From Eledone cirrhosa (Eukaryota), in NCBI GenBank assembly GCA_964016885.1, contig OZ024740.1:142042001-142106000 (forward strand): a stretch of 64,000 bases of DNA, in the 5' to 3' direction. The number at the start of each line of letters is the position of its first letter. Position 1 is the first letter of the stretch. The notes under the pieces were generated by a model. It was given only the letters and a program-made list of their open reading frames with translations. It was not told where the DNA came from and searched no databases. Positions 26,709 through 40,424 of this stretch are shown one piece after another. Both the position numbers and the translations under genes were made by a program.

Positions 26709-27306
26709 TAACAATATATGTTTCAACAGATGATTTCACATAAATAATCTAGCAAAACAAAACAAAAACGAAGTATATATATATATTATACGTTTTTTTA
26801 TCAAAACATTAATTTTGAAAATATGGGTGCCTTTCCTATTCTGAAAAACTTAGTATATAATGCTTTTAAATCTTAACGTCTTTCTGGTTATTCGTGGGCA
26901 TAACATAAATAATTTGATTGAAAGAATAGCATTAGTGTTGAATAGGACGTTTTGAAGTGACGAGTGTGAATTAACTCGCTGCTAATATCATTTGATATTT
27001 AAACTTTACCAATAATACTTAGTTTGCTACTTTCGAAAGATTCGTCGATTTCATGGCGATAATATCTGAATAATTGCCCGTGTAATATTTCACCGGTCAC
27101 AATCATTCACCATACAAGATGAATAGACACAATAACACACACAGTGTTATACTTAAACACATGATAAACCATTCAAGTAATAGGTGGGAGGTGTCTAAAC
27201 TCTTTTCGTACATTGAAACTTTACCTGTTAAAAAATAAAAGAAAACATATAAATGCATATGTAGTAACATGAATAGAAGCATGTGTATATGAGGGTAGAT
27301 TATATA

Positions 27307-27403
<97 letters not shown>

Positions 27404-27450
27404 AAAGAAAGAAGAATAACATGGGTCGGCTATACAATAGGATTTATTTA

Positions 27451-27563
27451 CAGTATTAACAATTGTTTCTTTAACCAGATGAGTCTAAAAGCCACTGATC
27501 GTTAGAAGTTACGTCACTCGACCTTAATTACAGTCCATACCCAATCAAATCGTCAGAATACTG
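27451..27563 (-). ncRNA. Type I hammerhead, canonical core, 80-nt stem II, palindromic stem III
   Basis: cagtatt-CTGACGA-tttgattggg...tctggttaaa-GAAAC-aatt-GTT-aatactg. Stem I is a perfect 7 bp and AACAATTGTT is a palindrome. Confidence 0.78.
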
Positions 27564-27638
27564 GTGCGTATATAACACAGGGCACTGGTATTTATAGATA
27601 CATCGGAGAATAACCCAAATGAAAACAATGATAATAAT

Positions 27639-27823
27639 AATAATTGTTTCTACTTTTGGCACAAGGCCAGCAATTATCCCAGTGTATTACTGGTGCTTTA
27701 TTTTATCGATCCCCGTAAGGATGAAAGACAAAGTTGACCTCGGCGGTATTTGAACTCAGAGCATAAAGGGCTGTAAGTCTTTGCTGCAAAGCATGGCGCC
27801 AGACCCTCTACGGATACTGCCAA
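27639..27823 (-). mobile_element. tRNA-SINE
   Basis: Full match to 3758-3938. Confidence 0.85.
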
Positions 27824-28532
27824 TCCATAATAACATGAAAACAGATAGGGAAGAAGGAATGTGGTAGGTGAAAACTGATCAGTCATAAACTGAGGTATTG
27901 GCGCCATTCTAATATAGTGGATTAATTTCATGAATTGGCGAAATAAAAATTGATAAAAAATAAAAAGTAAAAGAATAGGAGTTAAAAATATAGAACAAGG
28001 AGTCGAAACACAAAATAAAAAAATAAAAATAAAAATCAGAAAATGATAAATAGATAAATAGAGAATAAAACGTAAAAGAGACAATGATAACATATGGGTG
28101 ATTAAGGTTGGAGTATTTTGAATGTTTTATCTTAATGGAGGTGAGGTCTGGGGGTAACGTTATGTGTGAGAGGATGTGTCTATAAAAAGTTGAGGGATTG
28201 CCGAGATTGATTTAATGTTCGATTGGTCAACTGACAGTTGATAATAATGAGGAGGTGTAAATTTGGTCCGTTGGCGTCGGTGTAGTAGACATTCCAATCC
28301 GGGTGGTTTTGAATGGATAGTGAGATCGCTGGATCAAATCATGCTCGTCGCGGTTTATAGTTGGAGATTTAGTGGCGGCTTTGTGCCAGCAGAAAATTGT
28401 TCCTTCTTCCCTAATGTTTTACATGTTATTGTTACTGTCATTACTATTTTACGCATCTATCTAATCACCATTACAACTATGACTACTACCACCACTACTA
28501 TTAATGTCAGTAACCTTATTATTATTATTGTT

Positions 28533-29950
28533 GTGGTGACGAGCAGGGTGGCCTCCCTCACCCAGAAATGGGCCGAGAGGAAGCTGTCCCTGAAAGGCCG
28601 GGCGGAGGTGGCGAATGCGTACATCGCATCCGTCATCTGCTACCGCCTTACCGTCGTCCCTTGCTCCAGCCCAACTCTCATCAAAATGGAGCGCCTCCTC
28701 TTCCGCTTTTGTGGAAGGGACGCGCTCCCATGGTCAGACGATCCATCTGCTGTCAACACCCGTTGCGTGGAGGACTGGGTATGCCATGGCTGATGATGCG
28801 CAAACATGCGCTGAGGCTGCGACATCTCTGGTGCTTCCTTGATGGTGAACAGGTGTGGTCGCCGTTCGCCAGGCACGTTTTCCCACAGCTCGTCTCCTTG
28901 ACGGAGCTGCAGTCCTGGGTCAGAAAAGGACCGAGGGATAGCGCTTGGAAACTGGAATGTCTCCAGGCGCTCACTACCCTCTGCCAACTGGGCACCAGTA
29001 TCGGTGGAACATCCACCTCGGCGTTCTAAAGAGGACTAGTGGAGGGGAAGAGTGACGACATTCTGGGAGCGATCCTGAGGCTTCGAAGAAGATCAGCTGT
29101 TTGCTCTCTTCCGGAGAACTTTCAGGGTCCTATGGATAACTTCCAAAAATCCCTGGCCTGGCAGTGCTACCGGGGAGCGCTGCCGGTTCGAGATAAGCTC
29201 TACAGGCACGGAAGTGCCGTCAACCGAGATGCGCGCAGAGCGACGAAACCGTCGTGGCACGCACTCGTTCAGTGCCCGAGCATTGCTGACTTGTGGAGCT
29301 ATGTCGAACAGTTGCTGTCGCGTGTAGGACTGATCCGGTTGTCGACTGAGTTCATTGTGCAGATGGTCTCGCCGTCTTCCTTCGAGGAGGAAGGGCAGGC
29401 GGTTTTCATCTGCCTGGTGGCCATGGCGAAAGAGATTGTGTGGTGGACAAGGTTAAAAGGGTTAAAGACAGACACTTTCCTCTTCGGCGAATCCCTAATT
29501 ACCTTTTTCAAGTTTCACTTGAAGAGGAAAATCAGGGTGGAGAGGCAAGTGCTGCCTTCTAGCAAGTTTGTTGAAAGGTGGGTGAATGTAGCGAGAATGG
29601 TCCGAGTGAAAGGGACCACTCTGAATATACGTCTGTAGTTTGAGAGATGGACAAAATTGAGAGAGGGCGCTTGACCTGGTGGTCAGGGTGGCCGTGGTCT
29701 TTTGTGTGGTTTTCGCCACGAGTAAATCTCAGAGGTTTACACCCTAATGGGGAATTTTTCATTGTTTCAATTTTCATTTTTATTGTTTATATATATATAT
29801 GTTTCTATGTCCTTTTTTTTTCTTTTCTTATATAAATAATAAAAATATTTACACGCACAAAACCCACATCGTACCGTCTTGTACCGTCCTGTGCCGTCTG
29901 TAATGTTTTTCTTGATGTCAGCCCTTGTGGCCAATAAAGAAATCATTATT
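28533..29950 (+). mobile_element. Tx1/L1-clade LINE 3' portion (RT C-terminus, Zn-binding domain, 3' UTR)
   Basis: WAERKLSLKGRAEVAN..., LLWKG..P.RGGLGMP, W..YRGALPV..H.LVQCP...W. It ends in gtggccaataaagaaat-(CAT/TAT)n, with frameshifts. Confidence 0.85.
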
Positions 29951-30209
29951 ATTATTTTTATAGTTGCATTTATCTTGCTTTATGTTCATACGAGTAATCA
30001 CCGACCAGTACACATTTATATACTGTCTGAAAAGAACCTGTAAGAGGTTCATTATATCTCCGAAATACCTATAACGAATAAAATAGAGATGTACGAATAA
30101 AACCGTCTCTCTTAATTACTATACTAAAACTCCGGGTGAACAAAAATCGTTGAGTGCTTCACTTCTGATTGTAGGCAGATTTTTAATTTTTAATCAACCA
30201 ACTTTCTTC

Positions 30210-31227
<1,018 letters not shown>

Positions 31228-31300
31228 CTTGAATCTCAGTCATTGATGTTAGTCAACTGGAAAGTCCGTTGGAATGAATATCAAGCCACTACCTGCAGCC

Positions 31301-32350
31301 TCAGATATTCAGGACGTATCGGAGGGTTCTTGCTGTTCCCAGCAAGCATGCCTTTTGAAGCGTTCCAAAAAGCGTGAAGGGGCCGATTTTCTTTAACCAT
31401 CCCTGGAAACTTTTGGAGATAGTCCCCAGTGAGCCTATGACAATCGGGATCAGTTTGACTCCATGGCAGTTCCAAATCCTTTTTACCTCCCACTTTAAGT
31501 CCTGGTATCGGTTAATTTTCTCCCTCTCCTTCTCTTGCACTCTCGTGTCGAATGGGCAGGCCACATCCACAATCAGACACGATCTTTTTTCCTTGTCCAC
31601 AACCACCAGGTCAGGTCTATTGTGTTCCAGTTTCTTGTCCGTCTGTATCCTAAAATCCCACAGCACCTTCACCTGATCGTTCTCCATCACCGCCTCTGGC
31701 TTATGCTCATACCATTTCTCAGAATGTGGTAAATTGTTTACTTTGCACAGGTGCCAGTGGATCACCCTGCCCATCACATCATGTCTCCAGCCCTTATAGT
31801 GGGTCTGGGCTAGGTGTTTACACTCGGATACAATGTGAGCCACAGTCTCTTCTCTCACTCCACAGATCCTGCACAGTGGGCTAGCCTCCTCCTTGTAAAT
31901 ATGGTGTTTCAACCACTTCGTTTTGAGGGCCTGCTCCTGCGCAGCCATTAACATTCCTTCTGTATCCTTTTTAAGGTCTCCTCTTCTCAACCAGTTCCAT
32001 GTCTGTGGATCTCTAAATTCAGTTTTCTCAAAGAAGGTACTATGAAGGGATTTTTCCTGAAGGCTGCTCTTTCTCCTTGATGTTATTTCCTCCTTGGACA
32101 TCCCCTGGTCTATTGTCCCCTCCTTCAGTACAGTTCTGAGCATTGGCTCCTTACTATCAGTCACGTATTTGTGTAGGTTGTTTTTCTCCATCTGAACACA
32201 GTCCTCTATGCTGATAAGACCTCTTCCACCTTCAGATCTCTTTAAGTAGAGTCTACCGACATCACTCCTCTCGTGGAATATGTTGTAGATAGTCAATAGC
32301 TTCCTAGTCTTACTATCCATTTCTTTTTGTTCAGCAACATTCCATGTCAA
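31301..32350 (-). pseudogene. Thumb + CCHC knuckle + restriction-like endonuclease of the R4/Dong-like LINE
   Basis: 349-aa open frame with GGRGL, CCHC and PD..D motifs, ending at a stop followed by a short 3' UTR. Confidence 0.88.
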
Positions 32351-33390
32351 ATGGGCAGGCTACATCTACAATCAGGCACGATCCTTGTCCAAAACCACCA
32401 GGTCAGGCCTATTGTGTTCCAGTTTCTTGTCGGTCTGTATCCGAAAATCCCATAGAACCTTCACCTCATCGTTTTCTATCACCGACTCTGGCTTATGCTC
32501 ATACCACTTCTCAGAATGTGGTAAATTGTTTACTTTGCATAGGTGCCACAGGATCACCCTGCCCATCACATTATGCCTCCAGCCCTTATAGTGAGTCTGG
32601 GCTAGGTGTTTATACTCGGGTACAATGTGAGCCACAGTCTCCTCTCTCTCTCCACAGATCCTACACAGTGGGCTAGCCTCCTCCTTGTAAATATGGTGTT
32701 TCACCCACATCGTTCTGAGGGCCTGCTCCTGCGCAGCCATTAGTATTCCTTCTGTAGCCTTTTTAAGGTCTCCTCTTTTCAACCAGTTCCATGTCTGTGG
32801 ATCTCTAAATTCAGTTTTCTCAAAGAAGGTACTATGAAGGGATTTTTCATGAAGGTTGCTCTTCCTCCTTGTTATTTCCTCCTTGGACATTCCCCGGTCT
32901 ATTTTTCTCTCCTTCAGTACAATTGTGAGCATTGGCTCCCTACTGTCAGTCACGTATATGTGCAGGTTCTTATTTTCCATCTGAACACAGTCCTCTATGC
33001 TGATAAGACCTCTTCCACCTTCAGATCTCTTTAAGTAGAGTCTATCGACATCACTCCTCTTGTGGAACATGTTGTAGACAGTCAATAGCTTCCTAGTCTT
33101 CCTATCCATTTCTTTTTGTTCAGCAACATTCCATCTCACAATTCCCGCACTGTACCTAATAATAGACACAGCTCGGAAATTCACTGCACTTATGACATTC
33201 CTACTATTTAGATGTGATTTTAATACGCTCCTTACTCTCCTAATGTACTCAAATGTTATCAATTCCTCAATTTTATTTGTTCTTGATGTCATCTGCCTCC
33301 AGAACACCTAAATATTTGTATCCTTCTTCGGTGTCAATTTCCTTTATCATCTCACCTGTTGGTACCTGGATTCTGTTGCTTCTGCTCAAT

Positions 33391-34152
33391 TTACTCAATC
33401 TTCATCACTAGGACTCCACACTTATTAACACCAAATTCAATACATATATTATTGCTGAAAATACGGACAGTGTCAACAAGTACATCCAACTCCATCTCAC
33501 TCGTCCCAAAGAGTTTAAGATCATCCATGAAGAGGAGGTGGTTGATGGTAAGCTCTCCTTTTCCCAACTTGTATCCTGCTCTCACTTTTCGCAATATAAT
33601 GGTCAGGGGTATCAGGGCAAGGAGAAACAACAGAGGGGACAGACTATCTCCCTGGAAGATACCTCTCTTGATCTTCACGCCTCCCAAGGATTCTCCACCC
33701 GATGTTAATTCTGTTTCCCAGGACTTCATACTTTTGCTCAACAACTGTCTGATGTTATCTGCCACCTTGAAGATCTCTAGGCTTTTGGTTATCCAAGAAT
33801 GAGGTACCATGTCGAATGCCTTTTTGTAGTCTATCGATCCCATGGCAAGACCAGTGTGTCTCCTCTTGCAATTCCTGATTACCATCTTATCAATAAGTAG
33901 CTGGTCTTTTGTACCACGGGACTTCTTTAGGCATCCTTTCTCTTCGTCCGGTAACAAGTTGTTTGTGTGGAGGTTATGGTAGATTTCCTCAGATACAATG
34001 CTTGTTAATAGTTTCCACATTACGGATAGACATGTGATAGGTCTATAGTTGGTAACATCATTACCCTTGATTCGGTCTTTCATTACCAGGACTGTGGTAC
34101 CCTTTGTCAACCACTCTGGTACTTCACCCGACATCAAGCAGTCATTGAACAT
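33391..34152 (-). pseudogene. Reverse transcriptase domain of the R4/Dong-like LINE
   Basis: Motifs NYRPITCL, KAFD, QGDSLSP and FMDD. Confidence 0.9.
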
Positions 34153-35897
34153 GGTTGTCAGTTTTGGGTGGATGGATGTTATATTTTTAATCCAATACCC
34201 TGCACACCATCTGGGCCTGGTGATTTCCAGTTGGTTAGTTTTCTGGCCTGCCCTTTATGAGTTTCAACTGTGATACTTAAATCAGTTTGTTGGTGGTGTG
34301 CTTGTTCACTAATCTCCTTTTGTACTGTCTCAATCCACACTGCCTGACTATTATGTTCAACATCCTTCTCCCATATCACTCTCCAGAATGTCTTAGACTG
34401 TTCCGCCTCAAGGATCAAGTCGTTGCCTCTTTCTTTCCCTTCAAGCTGCCCAAACATCTTCTGGTTGTTGTCAAACATGCAGTTCTGTCTATACTGACTG
34501 ACTCCGTTCTCTTACCGCCTAATCTTTGCACTCTTTGCTACAATGCATTGCTTCAGTTCTTCTATGATCATATTTAACCTTTTCCTCCTAGTTTTGTACT
34601 TTATTTCCAGTCTATGTTTAGTGCCTATGTTTTGTAGTGTCCCATTCAGTAGGGACTCAAGCTTTCCAATGTCATTTATCATTTCCTTGATTTGACCATT
34701 CAGTCGTTTCTTCCACAAAGGTTCTGATCTTTCTTGTTTGTTGTTTCCTCTCTTTTTTATGCCAAGTAATTTCCTCACCGTATTTGCTGTTGCTTTGAGG
34801 ATATTGTTGCATTGGTGAAGGTTCCTCGCCTCAAGGTATGGGATGACTTGTTTACCTTAGCTGTTGTTTCTTTTAAATTTTTCCTGTCTACAAATCTTAG
34901 GTTCATAGGTTTCCCACTATCATTGTTCATTTCATCTACCACTAAGTTCAGGATATCAACCAAATCTTGTCCTAGCCCGTCAGCATTCATTTGCTCAATG
35001 GCCGCATCTTTGTTCTAGATGTTATTTATGTCAGCATTCAGATCAATGTTTGCTTCGGATGTTTCCTCCGGTCTCTCAACCTCTTCACCTTCATTTCCCA
35101 CTGGTTCGTTTGTCTGGCATACTCCACTCTCCATTTCCAACCTAATCTCTCTGCTCAGTTCCTCCAGTTCCAACTCTCTTATCCATCCATTAATACTTAT
35201 TACCCGAGCCTGCCCGGCCAATTTTTGTTCATCTAATTTAAATAGACCAATCTCGTTCCAGATGTTATGCATCCGTTTCCTATAGCCTTTTTCCTTGGGG
35301 TTACTCTTCAGGTAACATTGCATAACAGTTCTATTCAATTCTTTCGTCCAGTTGGTTCTTGTCCCTTTCCTTCTTCTTTCTCCTCCAACACCAGCAGTAT
35401 TTGGATGATAGCCAGGTCCCTGCTGCTGGGCCAAGGAGCACCTGCTGGGTGTGAGTCTGTCACATGACGTTCCAGTCTCCACTTACCGTTATTCGAAATG
35501 TTTAGGTTCGACATTTAAACACTCATATCGAGGATTGGTGAATATATGCTTACATAACCACCGGTGATTTCATCACTCCCAGTGATTTCATAACCCCCGG
35601 TGATTTTAGCGTGGCACCATCCCGCTGTAGACGAACATAAATAAACAAATAAATAGATAAAAACTTTTAAAAATAAACATAAGTTTGAATGTCTGACTTC
35701 GTATTTTTTTTGTTTGTTTTTTTCCTTTCCGTTTTTCGTTTTTCAAGGTCAGTAACATGGTTACTAGTGTTGTTGTTGCTGCTGCTGCTAAGGGAAGTAG
35801 GGGTTGTTGTGTTCAAAACTTTTGAAATTTGTGTTTGTTGTTGCGTTTGCTTCTGTCTGTGTTCTGTTCTATAATTTTTCGACTTGTTGCTTATCAT

Positions 35898-36180
35898 TTG
35901 GCAGTATCGGTAGTGAGTCGGACACCATGCCCTGAAGCACAGAGCTACGACCCCCTACGGTCCGAGTTCAAATCTCGCCGAGGTTAACCCCGCCCCTCAT
36001 CCCTAGGGGTCGATAAAATATAGTACCAGTAATACACTGGGAAATTGTTGGCCTTGTGCCAAAAGTAGAAACAATTATTATTTTTATTTTTCCTTTCATC
36101 CTTACGGGGCCGACAAAACAAAGCACCTGCAACACACCGGGGCAATTGCTGGCCCTGTGCCAAAAGTAGAAACAATTATT
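35898..36180 (+). mobile_element. tRNA-SINE with tandemly duplicated 3' half
   Basis: A full copy at 35898-36080 is followed by a second core and tail at 36090-36180. Confidence 0.8.
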
Positions 36181-36765
36181 ATTATTATATTATAGTTTAG
36201 ATTTGACATCGTTTAAACTAAACATTTTGAGAGAGTTTAGAGATACAACAACATAATTATTTTGGTGTTGTTGTTGTTGTTGTTAGCTGTTTGACCCAGT
36301 CACTAACCCAGTCTATTTATATCTTTTGATACCTTCCTCGCTTCTTTTCATGTGTAGCGGCACTACCACCATCCCTCTCTTAAATGGTGAGGGGATAGTG
36401 GTGGTAGCGCTGATGCAGTGGTGGCGGTGGTGATGGGATAGCAGTACTATAGGGATGGTGCTGGTTTGTATTTGGCTAAATTTTTTGTGGTAGTGGTGAT
36501 GGTGATGGTGGCGGCGGCGGTGGTGCTGTTGGTGGTGAAGTTATTTGGCTGTTGTTTTCTAGCCATTTTCTTTTCTGACTATAACATTTCTGGTACAAAA
36601 TTAAATATTAAATATTGGAGCCCTATGCCATAAAGTGATGCGTTGCCACTTCCTGAGAGTTAAGACTTATTTTTATTATTAATATTATTATTATTATTAT
36701 CAGTTTTCATTTAGGTTATTCTCCGATGTATCTATAAATACCAGTGCCCTGTGTTATATACGCAC

Positions 36766-36878
36766 CAGTATTCTGACGATTTGATCTGGTATGGACTGTA
36801 ATTAAGGTCGAGTGACGTAACTTCTAACGATCAGTGGCTTTTAGACTCACCTGATTACAGAAACAATAGTTAATGCTG
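36766..36878 (+). ncRNA. Type I hammerhead, canonical core, long stem II (right-arm copy)
   Basis: cagtatt-CTGACGA-...-GAAAC-aata-GTT-aatgctg. Confidence 0.72.
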
Positions 36879-37085
36879 TAAATAAACCCTATTGTATAGC
36901 CGACCATGTTATTCTTTATTCTTTTACAGTTATTACTCCAAGAACCACCTGCCTAGGAACTTTCTTAAACCGGCCACCCGACTAAGGAAACTTCTTGTTG
37001 AGTCAAACAACGCCGTACGTTAAAACTATCCTCGACACAGAATAGTCACAACCTCTAGCTGGATTACATTATACGATACCTTGTT

Positions 37086-37130
<45 letters not shown>

Positions 37131-37213
37131 TGTAATAAAGGGAGGAGTGTGGAATAGCGTCCGATTTATATCCTTTAATCCAGTTAGTAAAATAAGTTGT
37201 ATTACTTTGAATA

Positions 37214-37396
37214 AATAATTGTTTCTACGTTAGGCACAAGGCCAGCAATTACCCAGTGTATTACTGGTATTTTATTTTATCGACCCCGTAAGGATGAAAG
37301 GCAAAGTTAACCTCGGCGGGATTTGAACTGAGAATGGCAAGGGCCGTAACTCTATGCGTCAAAGCATGGCGTCCGACCCTCTACCGATACTGCCAA
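37214..37396 (-). mobile_element. tRNA-SINE
   Basis: Full match to the family. Confidence 0.85.
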
Positions 37397-38129
37397 TCCA
37401 GAATAAATAATGAATGAATAGTAAATAATTTATGTACTAAATTTCGCAACTCTTGATTAAATATAAATAATTTTATTGCTTATTTAAAATTAACTTCTTT
37501 TAAAATTTTCAAATTTCTACACTTTCATTATATCGCCGCCGCTACCACCACTTCAATTACCATATATATAGAAAGAGGGAGTGTGTGATGAGAGAGATAC
37601 AGATAGATAGAGTGATTATGTGAGAGATATATATATATAGAGAGAGACAGGGAGTGAAAGAGATAGATGAAGGGATTAGGATTTTCAACACGCTGACGCG
37701 TATGTGCGTGTGTGTATATGCACATACAACATCTATAATCGCGCAAACACAGGCGAACTTACAAAAATACACGCTCACAGACATACATTCACACAAACAC
37801 ATACATACATTCACATATATATACATTTACACAAACACACTCATACAGTCATGATAGCAGCGTTCGATAAATTGAAAATGGGAGAATAAGTACAATTTTT
37901 TATTTATTTATTAACAACACAGTTTGACTCTTTTTTTTCTTTTGTAAAACACATTAGTATAAAAATGTAATATAATGGTTACAGAACGAAAACACAAACA
38001 AATATAATATATACAAAGGAAAGGGAAAGGAAAAAAGGACAAAGATAAAAATACACAAGCACATAATACACACATCTAAGATCACATAGAACAACATGCA
38101 GACGAAAGGGGTGGACAAACGAGCCACAA

Positions 38130-38773
38130 GAATGAGGGGCTCATTCTAGTGACATGGCTTTAAAAATGAGGCTTGTTTGCATAATTGCAAACGAATCGAA
38201 TACGCCGAGGTTAACTTTGCCTTTCATCCTTACGGGGTCGATAACATAAAGTACCAGTATACCAGTAATGCACTGGGATAATTGCTGGCCTTGTGCCAAA
38301 AGTAGAAATAATTATTAATATTCGAAAAGCTCAGATTACATTTATTGTATTCAGCCATGTAGAGCGAACATTTTTTTTGTGTTATTTGAATATGGCAAAG
38401 CCAGCCATTCAACGCTCGTTACAGGAAATTGACTGGCCAGCCTGCTGATATGCAAATCTGGCTGATCACTGGATCTTCTAATATGCAGATCTGACTGATC
38501 AGCCAGTCTGCTAATATGCAAATCAGGCCAGTAACTGTATATTTTAGAAAATATATATTTTCACTAGCTCTGACAGTTGGCAGGTGACAGTGAACTGTAC
38601 TGATGAAGGGTATTACCCAGAAAGATTAGTGTCTGCAGTTCTGTTTACATGCCAACACAAGAGAAATAATGAAGGGTTCATTCTACTGACATGGCTTTAA
38701 AAATGAGGCTTGTTTGCATAAATACAAACTTATCGAATATTATTAATATTCGAAAAACTCAGATTACATTTAT
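38130..38773 (+). mobile_element. Partial tandem (pLTR/retrozyme-like) element with an HHR and a SINE fragment inserted at ~38203-38316
   Basis: The direct repeat ~38130-38345 (minus the SINE) recurs at ~38668-38773, and it ends at TA. Confidence 0.6.
38592..38641 (+). ncRNA. Type I hammerhead motif (canonical CUGAUGA), slightly degenerate
   Basis: gaactgta-CTGATGA-aggg(tatta)ccca-GAAA-gattagt-GTC-tgcagttc, with an 8-bp stem I. Confidence 0.68.
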
Positions 38774-38844
38774 CATATATATATATTGAAAGGCCAGAAA
38801 TTATCCCAGTGCATTACTGGTACTTTATGGTCAACAGTACGAAA

Positions 38845-39110
38845 AAGGGTTTTATTTACAGTATTAACAATTGTTTCACTGATTAAGTTGTCTAAAAATT
38901 GCTGAACACTTGAAGCTGTCGCATTCAATTTTAAATACGTTGTTAGCTTAACCAGATCATCATAGGGGACCATTTTATTCTTCACTCTTTCAATATTATT
39001 ACTCCAAGATAAACTTACATGGGGATTCAAGAGGACTCAAAGGGCAGCCACTTACGGAAACCTCTCCTTGAGTCGAACAATTACCTATAACGATATTTTG
39101 TTATCCCTTA
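38845..39110. mobile_element. Inverted pLTR fragment and tail of the 27413/37090 PLE family
   Basis: A minus-strand HHR remnant at 38859-38963 has GAAACAATTGTTAATACTG, a different long stem II and a lost 5' stem I. The plus-strand tail resembles 36903-37090. Confidence 0.65.
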
Positions 39111-39376
39111 TATATATATATATATATCCTAGATTGAATTATAAACTCAAAATAGTCTTTTACAATGAAGTAGCTCAAAGAAGGGAATCTTTCCGAGCCG
39201 TGTAATATAATTGGATATATGAGAGGGATGAACACAGATATAAGTATACATGTGCTCCAATTGCAAATGACCAAGTTAGCTAGGTTGACAAAATACTAAT
39301 TTAAAACAGAATGGTTTGTCTGACTCGATTTAAAGTAATAAATCAATAAAAAATAACAAACCTATATCGGGCCTTC

Positions 39377-39455
39377 GATACCCGGACAGACCAAAATCTG
39401 TTTCGCAAGAATTATTAAGTGAAAGCCAGAATTCCTGTGCTCATCTGCGGGTATC
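39377..39455 (-). ncRNA. Type I hammerhead (U4A), inverted copy
   Basis: Reverse complement of 39608-39686. Confidence 0.75.
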
Positions 39456-39607
39456 CAGGAAAATTCATACCTTTCACTTCATAAACCCAGCTGCTATTTT
39501 TAGCGGCATGAGTATGAGACGCGCTAGGCGTTGCGACATATGCGTTTATATCAGCACTTCGTCCAGTCTTTTTCCATCCTTTGAAGTGAAAGGTACGAAT
39601 TTTCCTG

Positions 39608-39686
39608 GATACCCGCAGATGAGCACAGGAATTCTGGCTTTCACTTAATAATTCTTGCGAAACAGATTTTGGTCTGTCCGGGTATC
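39608..39686 (+). ncRNA. Type I hammerhead (U4A core) with three good stems
   Basis: gatacccg-CAGATGA-gca.aggaatt..aattct.tgc-GAA-acaga(ttttgg)tctgt-C-cgggtatc. Confidence 0.8.
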
Positions 39687-40102
39687 GAAGGCTATTGCCC
39701 GATATAGGTGTGTTATTTTTATTGATTTATTACATTAAATCAAGTCAGGCAAACCATATTGTTTTAAATTAGTATTTTTTCAACCTAGCTAACTTGGTCA
39801 TTTGCAATTGGAACACATGTATACTTATATCTGTGTTCATCCCTCTCATATATCCAATTATATTACACGGCTCGGAAAGATTCCCTTCTTTGAGCTATTT
39901 GATTGTAAAATACTATTTTGAGTTTATAACTCAATCTAGGATATTCTCGGCTCCGTATGTAGAGCTAACATTAGTCTCATAAACCCAGCTTCTATTTTTA
40001 GCAGCATGAGTATGAGACGCGCTAGGCGCTACGACATGTGCGTTTATATCAGCACTTCGTCCAGTCTTAGATCCTTTGAAGTGAAAGCTGCGAATTTTCC
40101 TG

Positions 40103-40177
40103 GATACCCGCAGAAGAGCACAGGAATTCTAGCTTTCACTTAATAATCCTTGCGAAACAGATTTTGGTCTGTCCGGA
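40103..40177 (+). ncRNA. Type I hammerhead (U4A), second tandem copy with altered stem I 3' strand
   Basis: gatacccg-CAGAAGA-...-GAAACAGA..TCTGTC-cgg. Confidence 0.7.
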
Positions 40178-40424
40178 TCGCGAATCGAAGGCTATTGCCC
40201 GATATAGGTTTGTTATTTTTATTGATTTATTACTTTAAATCGAGTCAGGCAAACTATATTGTTTTAAATTAGTATTTGTTAAACCTAACTAACTTGGTCA
40301 TTTGCAATTGGAACACATGTATAGTTATATCTGTGTTCATCCCTCTCATATATCCAATTATATATATATATATATATATAAGTTAAAACAATGAAATAAC
40401 AAATCAAGTCATTAGATATATACA

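Larger units (their letters stand above)
31227..35635 (-). mobile_element. Near full-length R4/Dong-like non-LTR retrotransposon (single ORF, REL endonuclease), frameshifted
   Basis: N-terminal WTKELN..CY..GYRKRM; RT motifs IDYKKAFDMVPHSW, GIFQGDSLSPLLF, HLLFMDDLKLF; CCHC CRICG..ETVAHIVSEC; REL RHD..RPDLVVVD..VDV..KINRY. The 3' end is in (TAA)n. Confidence 0.92.
39128..40360 (+). mobile_element. Retrozyme-like non-coding element: inverted copy + ~1.8 tandem ~497-nt units, three HHRs
   Basis: Units start at 39480 and 39978. 39128-39480 is the reverse complement of ~39582-39940. There is no ORF, and (TA)n lies on both flanks. Confidence 0.8.

Noticed and set aside
30024-30070. CTGAAAA-gaacct/aggttc hairpin as an HHR
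   Set aside because: The stem is not followed by GAAA, and the 3-8 pair is mismatched.
38431-38532. CRISPR-like regularly spaced repeats
   Set aside because: These are degenerate tandem repeats without unique spacers, in eukaryotic DNA with no cas genes.
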